Below are positions 1 to 10,057 of a stretch of DNA of 64,000 bases, one piece after another. How positions within the stretch are numbered: the stretch's first letter is position 1; each line of letters begins with the position of its first letter. The notes under the pieces were generated by a model. That model searched no databases and was not told the origin of the DNA. It worked only from the letters and a program-made list of their open reading frames with translations. The position numbers were made by a program, and so were the translations under genes. Source of the stretch: Terriglobales bacterium (GTDB taxonomy: Bacteria > Acidobacteriota > Terriglobia > Terriglobales > Acidobacteriaceae); the NCBI GenBank assembly GCA_035319065.1, contig DATHDM010000316.1:1050-65049 (forward strand). The letters run 5' to 3'.

Positions 1-60
1 CGCAACAGGTTCATAATTGCCCGCTACGCCAGCTCCGGTCCGGCCGAGCATGAGGTCCAT

Positions 61-498
61 ATGAGCGTGGTCCATCTTTGCGACGAGAGTCCCGCCACCG
101 TGTCTCCTGAAGCCAGCGTGGCGGATGCCATTCGCGCCATGCTCGAGCGGCGCGTGGGGGCGGTTGCCGTCGTCAACCCGGACAAGACGGTGCTGGGGAT
201 CTTCACCGAGCGCGACGTGCTGCGCAAGCTGGCGCTCAGCGCCATCGATCCCGAGAGCAAGCGGGTCAGCGAGTTCATGACCGCGACGGTGGTCACTGCC
301 ACCCCAGACACTTCGCCCGGTGAAGCACTGTCGGCGATGATCACGCATCACTTTCGCCATCTGCCGGTGGTCGATGCCAAGGGCAAGCTGATGGGCATCC
401 TTTCCATCCGCAACCTGCTGGAGTCGCGCATCGACGAGCTCAGCCAGCAACTCGATTCGCTGGAGACCTACCTTACCGCCGACGGTCCGGGCGGCTGA
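61..498 (+). CDS. CBS domain pair protein
   Basis: 145-aa ORF with two CBS-like repeats (VGAVAVV..GIFTERDVL and FRHLPVVD..GKLMGILSIRNLL). The antisense ORF 24-344 has no such features. Confidence 0.8.
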   Translation: MSVVHLCDESPATVSPEASVADAIRAMLERRVGAVAVVNPDKTVLGIFTERDVLRKLALSAIDPESKRVSEFMTATVVTATPDTSPGEALSAMITHHFRHLPVVDAKGKLMGILSIRNLLESRIDELSQQLDSLETYLTADGPGG

Positions 499-510
499 CC
501 GCGGCCAGCC

Positions 511-518
511 TGTATAAT
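511..518 (+). promoter_or_regulatory. Extended -10 promoter element TGTATAAT upstream of hslV
   Basis: Perfect TGnTATAAT match ending 14 nt before the hslV ATG at 533. There is no Shine-Dalgarno in between and no good -35. Motif match only. Confidence 0.4.
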
Positions 519-532
519 CGAATGCTGTACTC

Positions 533-1120
533 ATGACGAGAAAGTCAGATGTTTTCCCCGCCAGGGGCGTGGGCGCACCCGCCCCTTCCGCCGAAATCCG
601 TTCCACCACCGTGCTTTCCGTGCGCAAGGACGGCAAAGTGGTGATGGCGGGAGACGGCCAGGTCACCCTGGGCGAGAGCATCATCAAGCACTCGGCGCGT
701 AAGATCCGCCGCATGTACAACGACAAGATCCTGGCGGGCTTTGCCGGCTCCACCGCCGACGCGTTTTCGCTCTTCAGCCGCTTCGAAGCCAAGCTGGACC
801 AGTTTCACGGCAACCTGGGGAGGGCGGCGGTCGAGCTCTCCAAGGACTGGCGCACCGACAAGGCGCTTCGCCACCTGGAAGCGCTGTTGCTGGTTTGCGA
901 CCAAAGTCAGACCTTTCTGTTGAGTGGGCAGGGCGACGTGATCGAGCCGGATACCGGCATCGCCGCCATCGGCAGCGGAGGCCCGTACGCGTTGGCTGCC
1001 GCCGAGGCGCTGGCGGCGCACACCAGCCTGCCAGCTCGCACCATCGCGGAAGAAGCCATGAAGATTGCCGGCAAAATGTGCATCTATACCAACGAGCACT
1101 TCACGCTGGAGGAACTTTAG
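533..1120 (+). CDS. hslV: ATP-dependent protease subunit HslV (proteasome-like Thr peptidase)
   Basis: From residue 25 ([23 protein letters not shown]...[10 protein letters not shown]...GSGGPYA...CIYTN) it aligns along its whole length with E. coli HslV as I recall it. A 24-aa extension precedes the catalytic Thr. Confidence 0.9.
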   Translation: MTRKSDVFPARGVGAPAPSAEIRSTTVLSVRKDGKVVMAGDGQVTLGESIIKHSARKIRRMYNDKILAGFAGSTADAFSLFSRFEAKLDQFHGNLGRAAVELSKDWRTDKALRHLEALLLVCDQSQTFLLSGQGDVIEPDTGIAAIGSGGPYALAAAEALAAHTSLPARTIAEEAMKIAGKMCIYTNEHFTLEEL

Positions 1121-1140
1121 GCCTGGCGTGCCGACTCATC

Positions 1141-1566
1141 ATGGCTGGATACTCCGGAACGCCGCTGCTTAAGAAAATCGGCATCAAGGAGCGCCATAGA
1201 ATCGTGGCACCGCGCGCACCGGATTCGTTTTTCCGCGACCTGGGCAAGCTGCCGAAAGGAGCCGAAGTTGTGGCGCGCGTCACGCCGCCGCTGGATGTGG
1301 TGGTGACCTTTGTGAAGTCGCAGAGTGAGCTGGCCCGTGACTTTGCCAGGCTGGCTGAGGCGCTGGCGGCCGACGGCATGCTTTGGGTGGCCTGGCCAAA
1401 AAAGGCTTCGGGGGTGGCCACCGATCTGAACGAGAATATCGTCCGCGATATTGGCCTGCCGCATGGACTGGTGGACATCAAAGTCTGCGCCATCGACGAA
1501 ACCTGGTCGGGCCTGAAGTTCGTCGTCCGCCGCGAGAACCGCGGCAAGCGCGAGGCGGCTGGTTGA
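1141..1566 (+). CDS. DUF3052-like protein inserted between hslV and hslU
   Basis: I use the ATG at 1141 inside track ORF 895-1566. The product starts MAGYSGTPLLKKIGIK and contains LWVAWPKKASGVATDL and VCAIDETWSGLKFV, which resemble the DUF3052 family. No clear SD, so the start is chosen by family N-terminus. Confidence 0.7.
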   Translation: MAGYSGTPLLKKIGIKERHRIVAPRAPDSFFRDLGKLPKGAEVVARVTPPLDVVVTFVKSQSELARDFARLAEALAADGMLWVAWPKKASGVATDLNENIVRDIGLPHGLVDIKVCAIDETWSGLKFVVRRENRGKREAAG

Positions 1567-1583
1567 TCTGAGGAGTGGTGGGA

Positions 1584-2984
1584 ATGGCGATTTACTTACC
1601 CGGAACCGCAGAAGAAGAACAGATTGCGCTGGATGAGCTGACCCCGCGCGAAATCGTGTCTGAACTGGACAAGCATGTTGTGGGCCAGCAGGCAGCCAAG
1701 CGCGCCGTGTCCATCGCCCTGCGCAACCGCATGCGCCGCCAGAAACTTCCGCCCGACCTGGCGGAAGAGATCATGCCCAAGAACATCATCATGATCGGGC
1801 CCACGGGGGTGGGCAAGACCGAAATCGCGCGCCGCCTGGCCAAGCTGGCCAACTCGCCGTTTCTCAAAGTCGAGGCCTCCAAGTTCACCGAGGTTGGGTA
1901 CGTGGGCCGCGACGTGGAGTCGATGATCCGCGACCTGGTGGAAATCGCCATTGACATGGTGCGGGAAGAAAAGCTGGAAGATGTCTCGGACAAGGCCGAG
2001 CTCAACGCCGAGGAGCGCGTGCTGGATCTGCTGCTTCCTGCGGGCATGGGCTTCAGCAGCCGGGGAGCAGACGGCGGCGAGCTGCTGTTGCCCGGCGAGT
2101 CCGCCTCCCGGACCCGCGAGAAGCTGCGCCAGCAATTGCGCGAAGGCAAGCTCGACGACCGGGTGGTGGAGCTCGAGGTACGGGAAAAATCGTTTCCGGC
2201 GTTTGAAATTATCTCCAACCAGGGCGTGGAGGAGATGGACGTCAACATCAAGGACATGCTGCCCAACATCTTCGGGCAGCGCACCAAGAAGCGGAAGATG
2301 AAGGTCAGTGAGGCCTTCGACTACCTGGTGCAGGAAGAAGAACAACGCCTGATCGACATGGACCAGGTCACCCGGGTGGCGGTCGAGCGGGTGGAGAACT
2401 CGGGCATCATCTTTCTCGACGAGATCGACAAAATAGCGGGACGCGAGAGCGGGCACGGACCCGATGTCTCGCGCGAAGGGGTGCAGCGCGACATCCTGCC
2501 TATCGTCGAAGGCACAACCGTCAATACCCGCTACGGCATGGTGCGTACCGACCACATTCTGTTCATCGCCGCCGGCGCCTTCCACGTCTCCAAGCCCAGC
2601 GACCTGATCCCCGAGCTGCAGGGGCGCTTTCCCATCCGCGTTGAGCTGCAGTCGCTGACCATCGACGACTTCATCAAGATTCTCACCGAACCCAAGTCCT
2701 CGCTGGTGAAGCAGTACACCGCGCTGCTGGAGACCGAAGGCGTGCGGCTGGAATTCACCACCGAAGCGCTGGAGGAGATTGCCCGCTTTGCCTTCCGAGT
2801 CAATGAAGGAACGGAGAATATCGGCGCGCGGCGCCTGCATACCATCATGGAGCGCGTGTTAGACGAGATCAGCTTCGACGCGCCGGAGATGAAGGACAAG
2901 CAGATCACGGTGGATGCAGCGTATGTGAACCGCATGCTCGCCGACATTGTGAAGGACCAGGACTTGTCGCGGTACATCCTGTAG
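1584..2984 (+). CDS. hslU: ATP-dependent protease ATPase subunit HslU
   Basis: [16 protein letters not shown], Walker [16 protein letters not shown] and Walker [17 protein letters not shown] at 1571-1575 sits 8 nt before the ATG at 1584. The track start 1575 (GTG) overlaps the SD. Confidence 0.93.
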   Translation: MAIYLPGTAEEEQIALDELTPREIVSELDKHVVGQQAAKRAVSIALRNRMRRQKLPPDLAEEIMPKNIIMIGPTGVGKTEIARRLAKLANSPFLKVEASKFTEVGYVGRDVESMIRDLVEIAIDMVREEKLEDVSDKAELNAEERVLDLLLPAGMGFSSRGADGGELLLPGESASRTREKLRQQLREGKLDDRVVELEVREKSFPAFEIISNQGVEEMDVNIKDMLPNIFGQRTKKRKMKVSEAFDYLVQEEEQRLIDMDQVTRVAVERVENSGIIFLDEIDKIAGRESGHGPDVSREGVQRDILPIVEGTTVNTRYGMVRTDHILFIAAGAFHVSKPSDLIPELQGRFPIRVELQSLTIDDFIKILTEPKSSLVKQYTALLETEGVRLEFTTEALEEIARFAFRVNEGTENIGARRLHTIMERVLDEISFDAPEMKDKQITVDAAYVNRMLADIVKDQDLSRYIL

Positions 2985-3066
2985 CAATCGCCAGTCAGCG
3001 GTCGGCAACTTCGAGGTATCAGATTGCGCGATTGCCAATTACCATTTAGCCGTCTGACTTCCCTTG

Positions 3067-4170
3067 ATGATCTCCCGCCATCCGGTCGTGATCGTAGCCG
3101 CGCTGGGCATGGTCTTAATTCTCACAGCCTGCGGCACGCCAGGCGCGCCACAGCCTCCCTCGCTTGCCCTGCCGAGGCCGGTGGGCGATCTCACCGCCAC
3201 CCGCAGTGGCAACAAGGTGCTGCTCTCATGGACCCCGCCGCGGCAGACCACCGATCGCGAGAACATCAAGTCCGCGGGTCCAACGCTGATCTGCCGGGGC
3301 GTGAATGACTTTCCCATGATCAACTGCCCGGAACAGATCGATAGCCAGCCGACGCAGCTGGTGCGCTGGAAGGAAACGGGGCTTGTGCCGAAGGTTATCG
3401 TTACGGATGTGCTCAAAGAAGACCTGATCCGCAAATATCCCACCGGATTTGCCAGCTACGCGCTTCGCGACCAGAACTCCCACGGCCGTGATGCCGGGCT
3501 CTCCAACCAGGTGCGCGTCCCCCTGGCCCCGGCGCTGGCGCCTCCGGGCGACCTTAAGGCGAAGGTCACGGCCGATGGCATCCTGCTCGACTGGAGCCCG
3601 GTTCAGCCGGGACCCGGGATCCCCGGAATTCAATACTTCTACCGCATCTTCCGCTGGGCAGAGCCGGGGAAGGGCAGGAATCTGGAGGTGATTGTGGGCG
3701 AGGCGCCGCTGGGCGGCGAATCCGGCTCATACGTGGACCACAGCGCAGAGTGGGAGCAGAGATACACCTACAAGGTGAACGTGGTGACCACGGTGTCGTC
3801 TCCGGGCCAGCCCGCGGTTGAGGTTCAGGGTGACGAGTCGCCCCCAGTGAGCGTTTTAGTGCGGGATATTTTCCCCCCGGCGGTGCCGAGCGGGCTGCAG
3901 GCGGTATTTTCCGGTGTCGGGCAGCGGCCTTTTGTCGATCTGACCTGGGCCCCCGACCTGGAGAGCGACCTGGCTGGCTACAACGTGTACCGTCACGAAG
4001 CGGGCGGCGGGCCGGTTAAGATGAATTCGGAGTTGGTCAAAGCCCCGGCTTATCGAGACCGCGATGTGCTTGCGGGTCATACGTACGTCTATTCGGTAAG
4101 CGCGGTAGACGTGCGCGGCAACGAGAGCGAGAAATCGGAAGAGGCTAGTGAGGCCGTGCCGCAGACGTGA
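3067..4170 (+). CDS. Lipoprotein with repeated fibronectin-III-like beta domains
   Basis: Signal peptide with lipobox LILTAC. Repeated L(S/D)W(T/S/A)P modules (LLSWTPP, LLDWSPV, DLTWAPD) followed by Y.V.AVD-type strands. Function unknown. Confidence 0.65.
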   Translation: MISRHPVVIVAALGMVLILTACGTPGAPQPPSLALPRPVGDLTATRSGNKVLLSWTPPRQTTDRENIKSAGPTLICRGVNDFPMINCPEQIDSQPTQLVRWKETGLVPKVIVTDVLKEDLIRKYPTGFASYALRDQNSHGRDAGLSNQVRVPLAPALAPPGDLKAKVTADGILLDWSPVQPGPGIPGIQYFYRIFRWAEPGKGRNLEVIVGEAPLGGESGSYVDHSAEWEQRYTYKVNVVTTVSSPGQPAVEVQGDESPPVSVLVRDIFPPAVPSGLQAVFSGVGQRPFVDLTWAPDLESDLAGYNVYRHEAGGGPVKMNSELVKAPAYRDRDVLAGHTYVYSVSAVDVRGNESEKSEEASEAVPQT

Positions 4171-4236
4171 GACGGCTCAGCCGTCAGCACAGATCACGCG
4201 TCGGACTGCGTCCTCATGGTAATGACAAGAGGGCGA

Positions 4237-5139
4237 TCAAGGCAGCTTCGAAGCGGTGGCGGATTTCTTTGCGTCTGATCCGTGTTCATCCTTGAAATCT
4301 GTTGCCACCGGTAATGCCCTGTACTTGCCTTCTCCCGCCGCCTCCACGTAGGCCCAGGGAATCTTGGGATCGTGGGTGAAGATCACCAGCCACTGCTCGG
4401 GGACAGCCAATTCGTAGAAGCGCTTCTTGCTCTGGATGGTCTCCAGGGGAAACAGATCAAACGCCATGCCCCAGGTCAGGTCCATGTGCGCGGTGGTGGG
4501 GATCAGGTCGGAGATGTAACAGGCCTTCTTCCCGCCGCTTTCAATGTTGACCGCCTGCATGTGCCTGGTGTGACCGGGATAGACTCGCACCGAGATTCCG
4601 GGCGCGATGTCAGCGTCGCCATCCAGCAGACGCATATGGCCACTCTCGACCAGCGGGTTGTAGTTGTCGGAAATGTAGCTGATGCTGTCGCGCTCGCTGG
4701 GGTGCTGCGCATACCTAAACTCGCCTTGCTGAACATAGTACGTGGCATTGGGGAAGGTGGGGATGGCGCGGGCATTGGAATAAACCGTGTTCCACCCGCA
4801 GTGATCGAAGTGGAGATGGGTGTTGATGACGATGTCCACGTCCTCCGGTGCGACGCCGGCGTGCTGGAGGTCGATGAGCAACCTCTCCTCGGTGGCGTAA
4901 ATCTTCTTCATGCGCTCGGAGAGCTTGTTGCCGGCGCCGGTCTCGATCAGGACCGTCCGCTTGCCGTCGCGCACCAGCACGGAATTCATGCCCACCCAGA
5001 GCCGGTTCATCTCGTCGGCAGGCGCCCGCTTCTGCCACAGGACTTTCGGTACCACGCCGAAAAAAGCGCCTCCGTCGAGATAGTAGTTGCCATCAGAGAG
5101 CATGGTGAGTTCGAAGTCGCCAAGAGTGAGCCGATGCAT
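4237..5139 (-). CDS. MBL-fold metallo-hydrolase (lactonase-like)
   Basis: HxHxDH motif (NTHLHFDHCGW) plus a downstream His (YPGHTRH). Start taken at MHRLTLGDFEL (5139) inside track ORF 4237-5223. Confidence 0.8.
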   Translation of the reverse strand: MHRLTLGDFELTMLSDGNYYLDGGAFFGVVPKVLWQKRAPADEMNRLWVGMNSVLVRDGKRTVLIETGAGNKLSERMKKIYATEERLLIDLQHAGVAPEDVDIVINTHLHFDHCGWNTVYSNARAIPTFPNATYYVQQGEFRYAQHPSERDSISYISDNYNPLVESGHMRLLDGDADIAPGISVRVYPGHTRHMQAVNIESGGKKACYISDLIPTTAHMDLTWGMAFDLFPLETIQSKKRFYELAVPEQWLVIFTHDPKIPWAYVEAAGEGKYRALPVATDFKDEHGSDAKKSATASKLP

Positions 5140-5351
5140 GGCACCTCCGGAGCGGATGCCGCATACGAATTCTAGCCGAGCGCTCGCATCAACTCGCCTC
5201 GGCCGGCTTCGTCTTAAGTCCACAAGCTTGGGGATCGATGGACTTCCGACCTCGAAGGCGAGCGAAGGGGCGAGAAGGGGGGTAAGTTAGTCTTGTATCC
5301 GCATAGCAATATTCATCACATGTTGTTGACAACAATGCTAAGTTCTAATAC

Positions 5352-5380
5352 TTGACAATATATCGCGCAACTTTTATGCT
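5352..5380 (+). promoter_or_regulatory. Sigma70-like promoter for hsp20 (TTGACA-17 nt-TATGCT)
   Basis: TTGACA at 5352-5357, a 17-nt spacer and TATGCT at 5375-5380, in a visibly AT-rich tract 85 nt upstream of the hsp20 ATG. Motif match only. Confidence 0.4.
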
Positions 5381-5464
5381 TTGGTAGTCATCAGATCAGT
5401 AGCTCCTCAAGGCGAGGGGCGAATCATTCAACACATTACTAAATTTTGTAAGGAGGATTTGCGT

Positions 5465-5950
5465 ATGTCTTCGATGATCACCCGCTGGGACCCCTTCCGC
5501 GAATTGGCCAGTTTGCAGGATCGAGTCAACCGGCTGTTCCAGGAAACCGGGAGCCGGCAGGAGTCTTTGACGACCGGGAGTTTCGTGCCGGCCGTGGACA
5601 TTTACGAGGATGACCACATCATCAAATTGAAGATGGAAGTGCCTGGAATCGACCAGAAGGACCTGGATGTCCAGGTGGAGAACAACACCTTGACGGTAAA
5701 GGGTGAGCGCAAGTTGGAAAAGGAAGAGAAGGAAGAGAACTTCCATCGCATTGAGCGCCGCTATGGCAGCTTCTTCCGCAGCTTCGCGCTGCCGACCACG
5801 GTTGACACGGAGAAGGTCAACGCGGAATACCAGAATGGCGTGCTCAATATCACTCTGCCCAAGCGCGCCGAGGCCAAGCCGAAGCAGGTGAAGGTCAACG
5901 TGGTTTCCGGTAAGGAACTGGAAGGCAAGAGCCCGAGCAAGGCTGCCTAA
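5465..5950 (+). CDS. Hsp20/alpha-crystallin small heat-shock protein
   Basis: Alpha-crystallin domain (VDIYEDDHIIKLKMEVPG...LTVKGERK...FHRIERRYGSFFRSFALP...NGVLNITLPK). AAGGAGGA lies 6 nt before the ATG at 5465. The track start 5381 is rejected. Confidence 0.9.
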   Translation: MSSMITRWDPFRELASLQDRVNRLFQETGSRQESLTTGSFVPAVDIYEDDHIIKLKMEVPGIDQKDLDVQVENNTLTVKGERKLEKEEKEENFHRIERRYGSFFRSFALPTTVDTEKVNAEYQNGVLNITLPKRAEAKPKQVKVNVVSGKELEGKSPSKAA

Positions 5951-5972
5951 GGGCGACCGAGGTTGAGTTGAG

Positions 5973-6007
5973 CGGGAGGCGGCGTCGGCTGTCTCCCGTT
6001 TTTGTTG
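5973..6007 (+). terminator. Intrinsic terminator after hsp20
   Basis: CGGGAG, a 14-nt loop, CTCCCG, then TTTTTGTT, located 23 nt after the hsp20 stop. Confidence 0.6.
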
Positions 6008-6032
6008 AATGCCGCATTTTAGAGTCCCACCT
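6005..6032 (+). promoter_or_regulatory. Possible sigma32(RpoH)-type promoter for clpB
   Basis: TTGAA (6005-6009), a 15-nt spacer and TCCCACCT (6025-6032), compared with the E. coli consensus CTTGAA-N13-17-CCCCATnT. It lies 60 nt upstream of the clpB ATG. Motif resemblance only. Confidence 0.3.
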
Positions 6033-6092
6033 CCGCGAGCTTGAATCCAAGCACGTGCCAGCCCGGCCATCTCGAGTGGGGAAGAGGCTTCT

Positions 6093-8765
6093 ATGGCGAT
6101 TCGTTTTGACAAGCTGACGGTAAAGGCGCAGGAAGCGGTGCAGCGTGCGCTGCAGCTGGCGTCGGAGAACGGCAATCCCGAGGTGCTGCCGCTGCATATG
6201 CTGGCCGCGCTGGTGGAAGATCACGAGGGCATCGTGGTACCGGTGCTGGAGAAGATTGGCGTCGGGCCGCAGAAGGTGCTGTTTGAAGCGAACCAGCGCA
6301 TTGAGAAGCTGCCCAAGGTTACCGGGGGGGCCGGCCAGCCCGGATTGTCGCCCGCCGCTTCTAAGCTGCTGGACCAGGCCTTCAAAGAAGCCGACAACTT
6401 CAAAGACGAATACGTTTCGACCGAACATCTGCTGCTGGCGCTGACCAAGCTCAGCGGCGATCCCGCGCAGGTCATCCTGGCCGAGCAGGGCGCGACGCAC
6501 GATGCCATCTTGAAGGCCTTGACTGCGGTGCGCGGCAGCCAGCGGGTTACCGATCCCAATCCCGAAGCGAAGTACCAGGCGCTGGAGCGCTATGCCCGCG
6601 ACCTGACGGAGCTGGCGCGGCGGGGGAAGCTGGATCCGGTGATTGGCCGTGACGAGGAGATCCGCCGCGTGGTGCAGGTGCTCTCGCGGCGAACCAAGAA
6701 CAATCCCGTGCTGATAGGCGAGCCGGGCGTGGGCAAAACAGCCATCGTCGAGGGCCTGGCGCAGCGCATCGTGGCAGGGGATGTGCCTGAGGTCCTGAAG
6801 AACAAGCGGGTGATCGCGCTCGACCTGGGAGCCATGCTGGCGGGCGCCAAGTACCGCGGAGAATTTGAGGACCGGCTCAAGGCGGTGCTGAAGGAGATCG
6901 AGGAATCGCAGGGCAGGTTCATCCTGTTCATCGACGAGCTTCATACCCTGGTGGGCGCAGGAGCGGCGGAAGGCGCCATCGACGCCAGCAACATGCTGAA
7001 GCCTGCTTTGGCGCGCGGGGAACTGCGGGCCATCGGAGCAACCACACTGAACGAATATCGCAAGTACATCGAGAAGGACGCAGCCCTGGAGCGGCGCTTT
7101 CAGCTGGTGTACGTAGGCGAGCCCAACGTGGAGGATACGATCGCGATTCTGCGCGGGCTGAAGCAGCGCTACGAAGTGCATCACGGAGTGCGCATCAAGG
7201 ATTCGGCGATTGTGGCGGCGGCCACGCTCTCGCACCGCTACATCTCCGACCGGTTCCTGCCCGACAAGGCCATTGACCTCATCGACGAGGCGGCAGCCTC
7301 CCTCGCCATACAGATCGGCTCGGTCCCGACCGAAGTGGATCAGCTGGAGCGCCGGGTCATGCAGCTTGAAATCGAGCGCCAGGCCTTGCAGAAGGAGCGC
7401 GATCCAAGTTCGCGGGAGCGGCTGGCGGCGGCGGAGAAGGAGCTGGCCGGGCTGCGCGAGAAGATCAATGCTCTGCGCGCCCGCTGGGAGCAGGAAAAGA
7501 AGTCCATCAACCGTGTGCGCGAGCTGAAGGAGCGGATCGAGCAACTGGAGATGGACCAGCAGAACGCGGCGCGCAAGGGCGACTACACTCGCGCCTCGCA
7601 AATCCAGTATGGCGAGCTGCCCAAGCTCAAGGCTGAGCTGGAAAAACTCAGCTCCGAGATGGACGGCAAGGGCTCTGGCACGCGCATGCTGAAGGAAGAG
7701 GTGGATGAGGAGGATGTCGCCCGCATCGTATCCAAGTGGACGGGAATTCCGGTGTCGAAGATGCTGGAGGGCGAGGTCAAGAAGCTGGTGAGCATGGAGG
7801 ACCGGCTGCGCCAGAGAGTAGTAGGACAGGATCAAGCGCTGGAGAGGGTGGCCAACGCGGTGCGGCGCTCGCGCGCCGGGCTGAGCGATCCCAAGCGGCC
7901 GATCGGGTCGTTCATTTTCCTGGGCCCCACCGGCGTGGGCAAGACGGAGCTTGCGCGCGCCCTGGCGGAGTTTCTGTTCGATGACGAGCGCAACCTGGTG
8001 CGCATCGACATGTCCGAGTACATGGAGAAGCATGCGGTGGCGCGGCTGATTGGCGCACCTCCGGGATACGTTGGGTACGATGAAGGCGGCCAGCTCACGG
8101 AAGCGGTGCGCCGCCGGCCGTATTCGGTAGTGCTGTTCGATGAGATCGAGAAGGCGCATCCCGACGTGTTCAATGTCCTGTTGCAGGTGATGGACGATGG
8201 CCGCCTCACCGATGGCCGGGGGCGCACGGTGGATTTCCGCAACACGGTCATCATCATGACCTCGAACATCGGGGCCAGCTACCTGCAGGCGGAGAATCTG
8301 CAGACGCCGCAAGCCTTCGAGCGGGCGCGGCAGCAGGTGCTGCAAGCCGTGCAATCGCACTTCAAGCCGGAGTTCCTGAATCGCGTCGATGACATGATTA
8401 TCTTCAACCCGCTGGGCCGCGAGCAGCTGACCAGGATCATCGAGCTGCGACTGGAGGACCTGCGGCGGTTGCTGGCGGATCGCAGGATCACGCTGGAACT
8501 GACGGAAGCGGCCAAGGACATCATCTTTGCGCAGGGCTACGACGTGGCGTACGGGGCGCGTCCGCTGAAGCGCGCCATCCAGAAGCTGGTGCAGGACCCG
8601 CTGGCGATGAAGATCCTGGATGGCGAGGTACTGCACGGCGATCACGTGGTGGTCGATGCGGACAAATCGCGCGAAGGTCTGACCTTCACGGTGAAACGGC
8701 GGGCTTCGCCGCCGGCTGGGGAAAAGGAAAAGGCGGCGAAGGAAGAGGCTGCGAGCCGCAGATAG
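6093..8765 (+). CDS. clpB: Chaperone disaggregase ClpB
   Basis: 890 aa. Clp N-domain, two AAA+ modules ([15 protein letters not shown] and [15 protein letters not shown]) and a long coiled-coil middle domain between them. Confidence 0.95.
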   Translation: MAIRFDKLTVKAQEAVQRALQLASENGNPEVLPLHMLAALVEDHEGIVVPVLEKIGVGPQKVLFEANQRIEKLPKVTGGAGQPGLSPAASKLLDQAFKEADNFKDEYVSTEHLLLALTKLSGDPAQVILAEQGATHDAILKALTAVRGSQRVTDPNPEAKYQALERYARDLTELARRGKLDPVIGRDEEIRRVVQVLSRRTKNNPVLIGEPGVGKTAIVEGLAQRIVAGDVPEVLKNKRVIALDLGAMLAGAKYRGEFEDRLKAVLKEIEESQGRFILFIDELHTLVGAGAAEGAIDASNMLKPALARGELRAIGATTLNEYRKYIEKDAALERRFQLVYVGEPNVEDTIAILRGLKQRYEVHHGVRIKDSAIVAAATLSHRYISDRFLPDKAIDLIDEAAASLAIQIGSVPTEVDQLERRVMQLEIERQALQKERDPSSRERLAAAEKELAGLREKINALRARWEQEKKSINRVRELKERIEQLEMDQQNAARKGDYTRASQIQYGELPKLKAELEKLSSEMDGKGSGTRMLKEEVDEEDVARIVSKWTGIPVSKMLEGEVKKLVSMEDRLRQRVVGQDQALERVANAVRRSRAGLSDPKRPIGSFIFLGPTGVGKTELARALAEFLFDDERNLVRIDMSEYMEKHAVARLIGAPPGYVGYDEGGQLTEAVRRRPYSVVLFDEIEKAHPDVFNVLLQVMDDGRLTDGRGRTVDFRNTVIIMTSNIGASYLQAENLQTPQAFERARQQVLQAVQSHFKPEFLNRVDDMIIFNPLGREQLTRIIELRLEDLRRLLADRRITLELTEAAKDIIFAQGYDVAYGARPLKRAIQKLVQDPLAMKILDGEVLHGDHVVVDADKSREGLTFTVKRRASPPAGEKEKAAKEEAASRR

Positions 8766-8834
8766 CCGGCCGGCGTTCTGGTTTGGTACGCGCCGCGGGG
8801 ATGAACTACAGTAGTCGGGCTTCCATCCAAAGCC

Positions 8835-9398
8835 ATGAAGACCCACAGCGCGGTTCTGAGTCTGCTTCTGACTCTGTTGCTTGCCGGCACGCTGGCGGCG
8901 CAGAAGGTGCAGGTTGAGCACGACAAGGACACAGACTTCTCCCAATTCAAAACCTACGCCTGGATCAAGGGAACGCCGGCGGCCACTGAGGTGTGGGATC
9001 AGCTCATCATCGGCACTGTGGACTACGAGCTGAAGAGGAAGGCCCTGGAACGCATAGCGAATCCCGACAAGGCAGATCTGCTGGTGACGTATCACGCGGC
9101 TTCCAGCGGAACCGACCTGCGACTCAATAGCCAGGCAGGGGATCCTACCTATGCGATGTATGGCGGCGAGCCCTTGCCGGGGATGACGCCGTGGTCCACG
9201 GGAAGCCTCTCGCCCAGCGTTGCGTTTTACGTACGCAAAGGGAACCTCTCCGTCCACCTGTTCGACACCAGACACCACAAGCTGGTGTGGGCGGGCGTGG
9301 CCAAAGGCGACATCGCGGAGTCCAACAAGAAGAAAGTGGATCAGCTCAACAGCATCATGGATAAGATGTTTGCCCAGTATCCGGCAGGCAAGAATTAG
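8835..9398 (+). CDS. Secreted DUF4136-like protein
   Basis: Signal peptide (LLLAGTLAAQ) followed by DKDTDFSQFKTYAW, typical of DUF4136 proteins as I recall them. Confidence 0.65.
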   Translation: MKTHSAVLSLLLTLLLAGTLAAQKVQVEHDKDTDFSQFKTYAWIKGTPAATEVWDQLIIGTVDYELKRKALERIANPDKADLLVTYHAASSGTDLRLNSQAGDPTYAMYGGEPLPGMTPWSTGSLSPSVAFYVRKGNLSVHLFDTRHHKLVWAGVAKGDIAESNKKKVDQLNSIMDKMFAQYPAGKN

Positions 9399-9424
9399 CT
9401 GGAGCTGTCCGCGCGTAAGCCCCC

Positions 9425-9928
9425 ATGCCCGTGCTGAACGACAATCCCTTTGCCGTGTTGACGGCGGTAGTGGCGCCCGCCGTGCTCACCAATGCCTGCT
9501 CGGTGCTGGCCCTGGGGACGAGCAACCGCGTCGCCCGGGTAGTGGACCGGACGCGCGTGGTGGTCCACATGCTGGGGGCAGCGGAACCGGCCAGCGACGT
9601 CTTCCGCTTTCACCTAGGGCAACTGGAGAAGCTGCGCATCCGCAGCCGACTGCTGCTGCTAGCGCTCAGGCTGTTCTACGGGGCGCTGGGGGGCTTCGCC
9701 AGTTCGGCGATCATCTCGATTCTGGGGGCGGCGATGGCGTACTACAGCCGCCAGACGGCGTTTCGGGTCACGGCGGTGGCCGCGGTGGTGATTGGGGTGC
9801 TGGCGGTGGGAGCGCTGGTGGCGGGGTGCGGGCTCATGGTGGGCGAAACCCGCTTTGCCTTGACCAGCATCCGCGAAGAGGCGGAGGAGGCCCTGGGCAG
9901 ATTCCGCACTGCGGGCACGCTGAGGTAA
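9425..9928 (+). CDS. DUF2721-like membrane protein
   Basis: AVVAPAVLTNACSVLALGTSNRVARVVDRTR motif plus two C-terminal TM segments. Confidence 0.65.
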   Translation: MPVLNDNPFAVLTAVVAPAVLTNACSVLALGTSNRVARVVDRTRVVVHMLGAAEPASDVFRFHLGQLEKLRIRSRLLLLALRLFYGALGGFASSAIISILGAAMAYYSRQTAFRVTAVAAVVIGVLAVGALVAGCGLMVGETRFALTSIREEAEEALGRFRTAGTLR

Positions 9929-10057
9929 GGTTGCGGCAGCGAGCCCTATCTCCATTGACGTGTCCCGGCACGAAGGGTTCAATTGACACCCCTTCCTGGT
10001 CCGGCTACCCTTTAAGGTGACGTTTTTCCCCCGCCGTCATCTAATTCTTTGGCTCCC

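Noticed and set aside
5290-6092. CIRCE (HrcA) or HAIR (HspR) operators at the hsp20/clpB promoters
   Set aside because: Reading both strands, I found no match to TTAGCACTC-N9-GAGTGCTAA or CTTGAGT-N7-ACTCAAG.
5895-9278. A 1127-codon ORF on the minus strand covering all of clpB and its flanks
   Set aside because: It is exactly antisense to an unmistakable clpB. Its product is Arg/Gly/Leu/His-rich low-complexity sequence with no motifs. Long antisense ORFs are an expected artefact of GC-rich third-codon positions.
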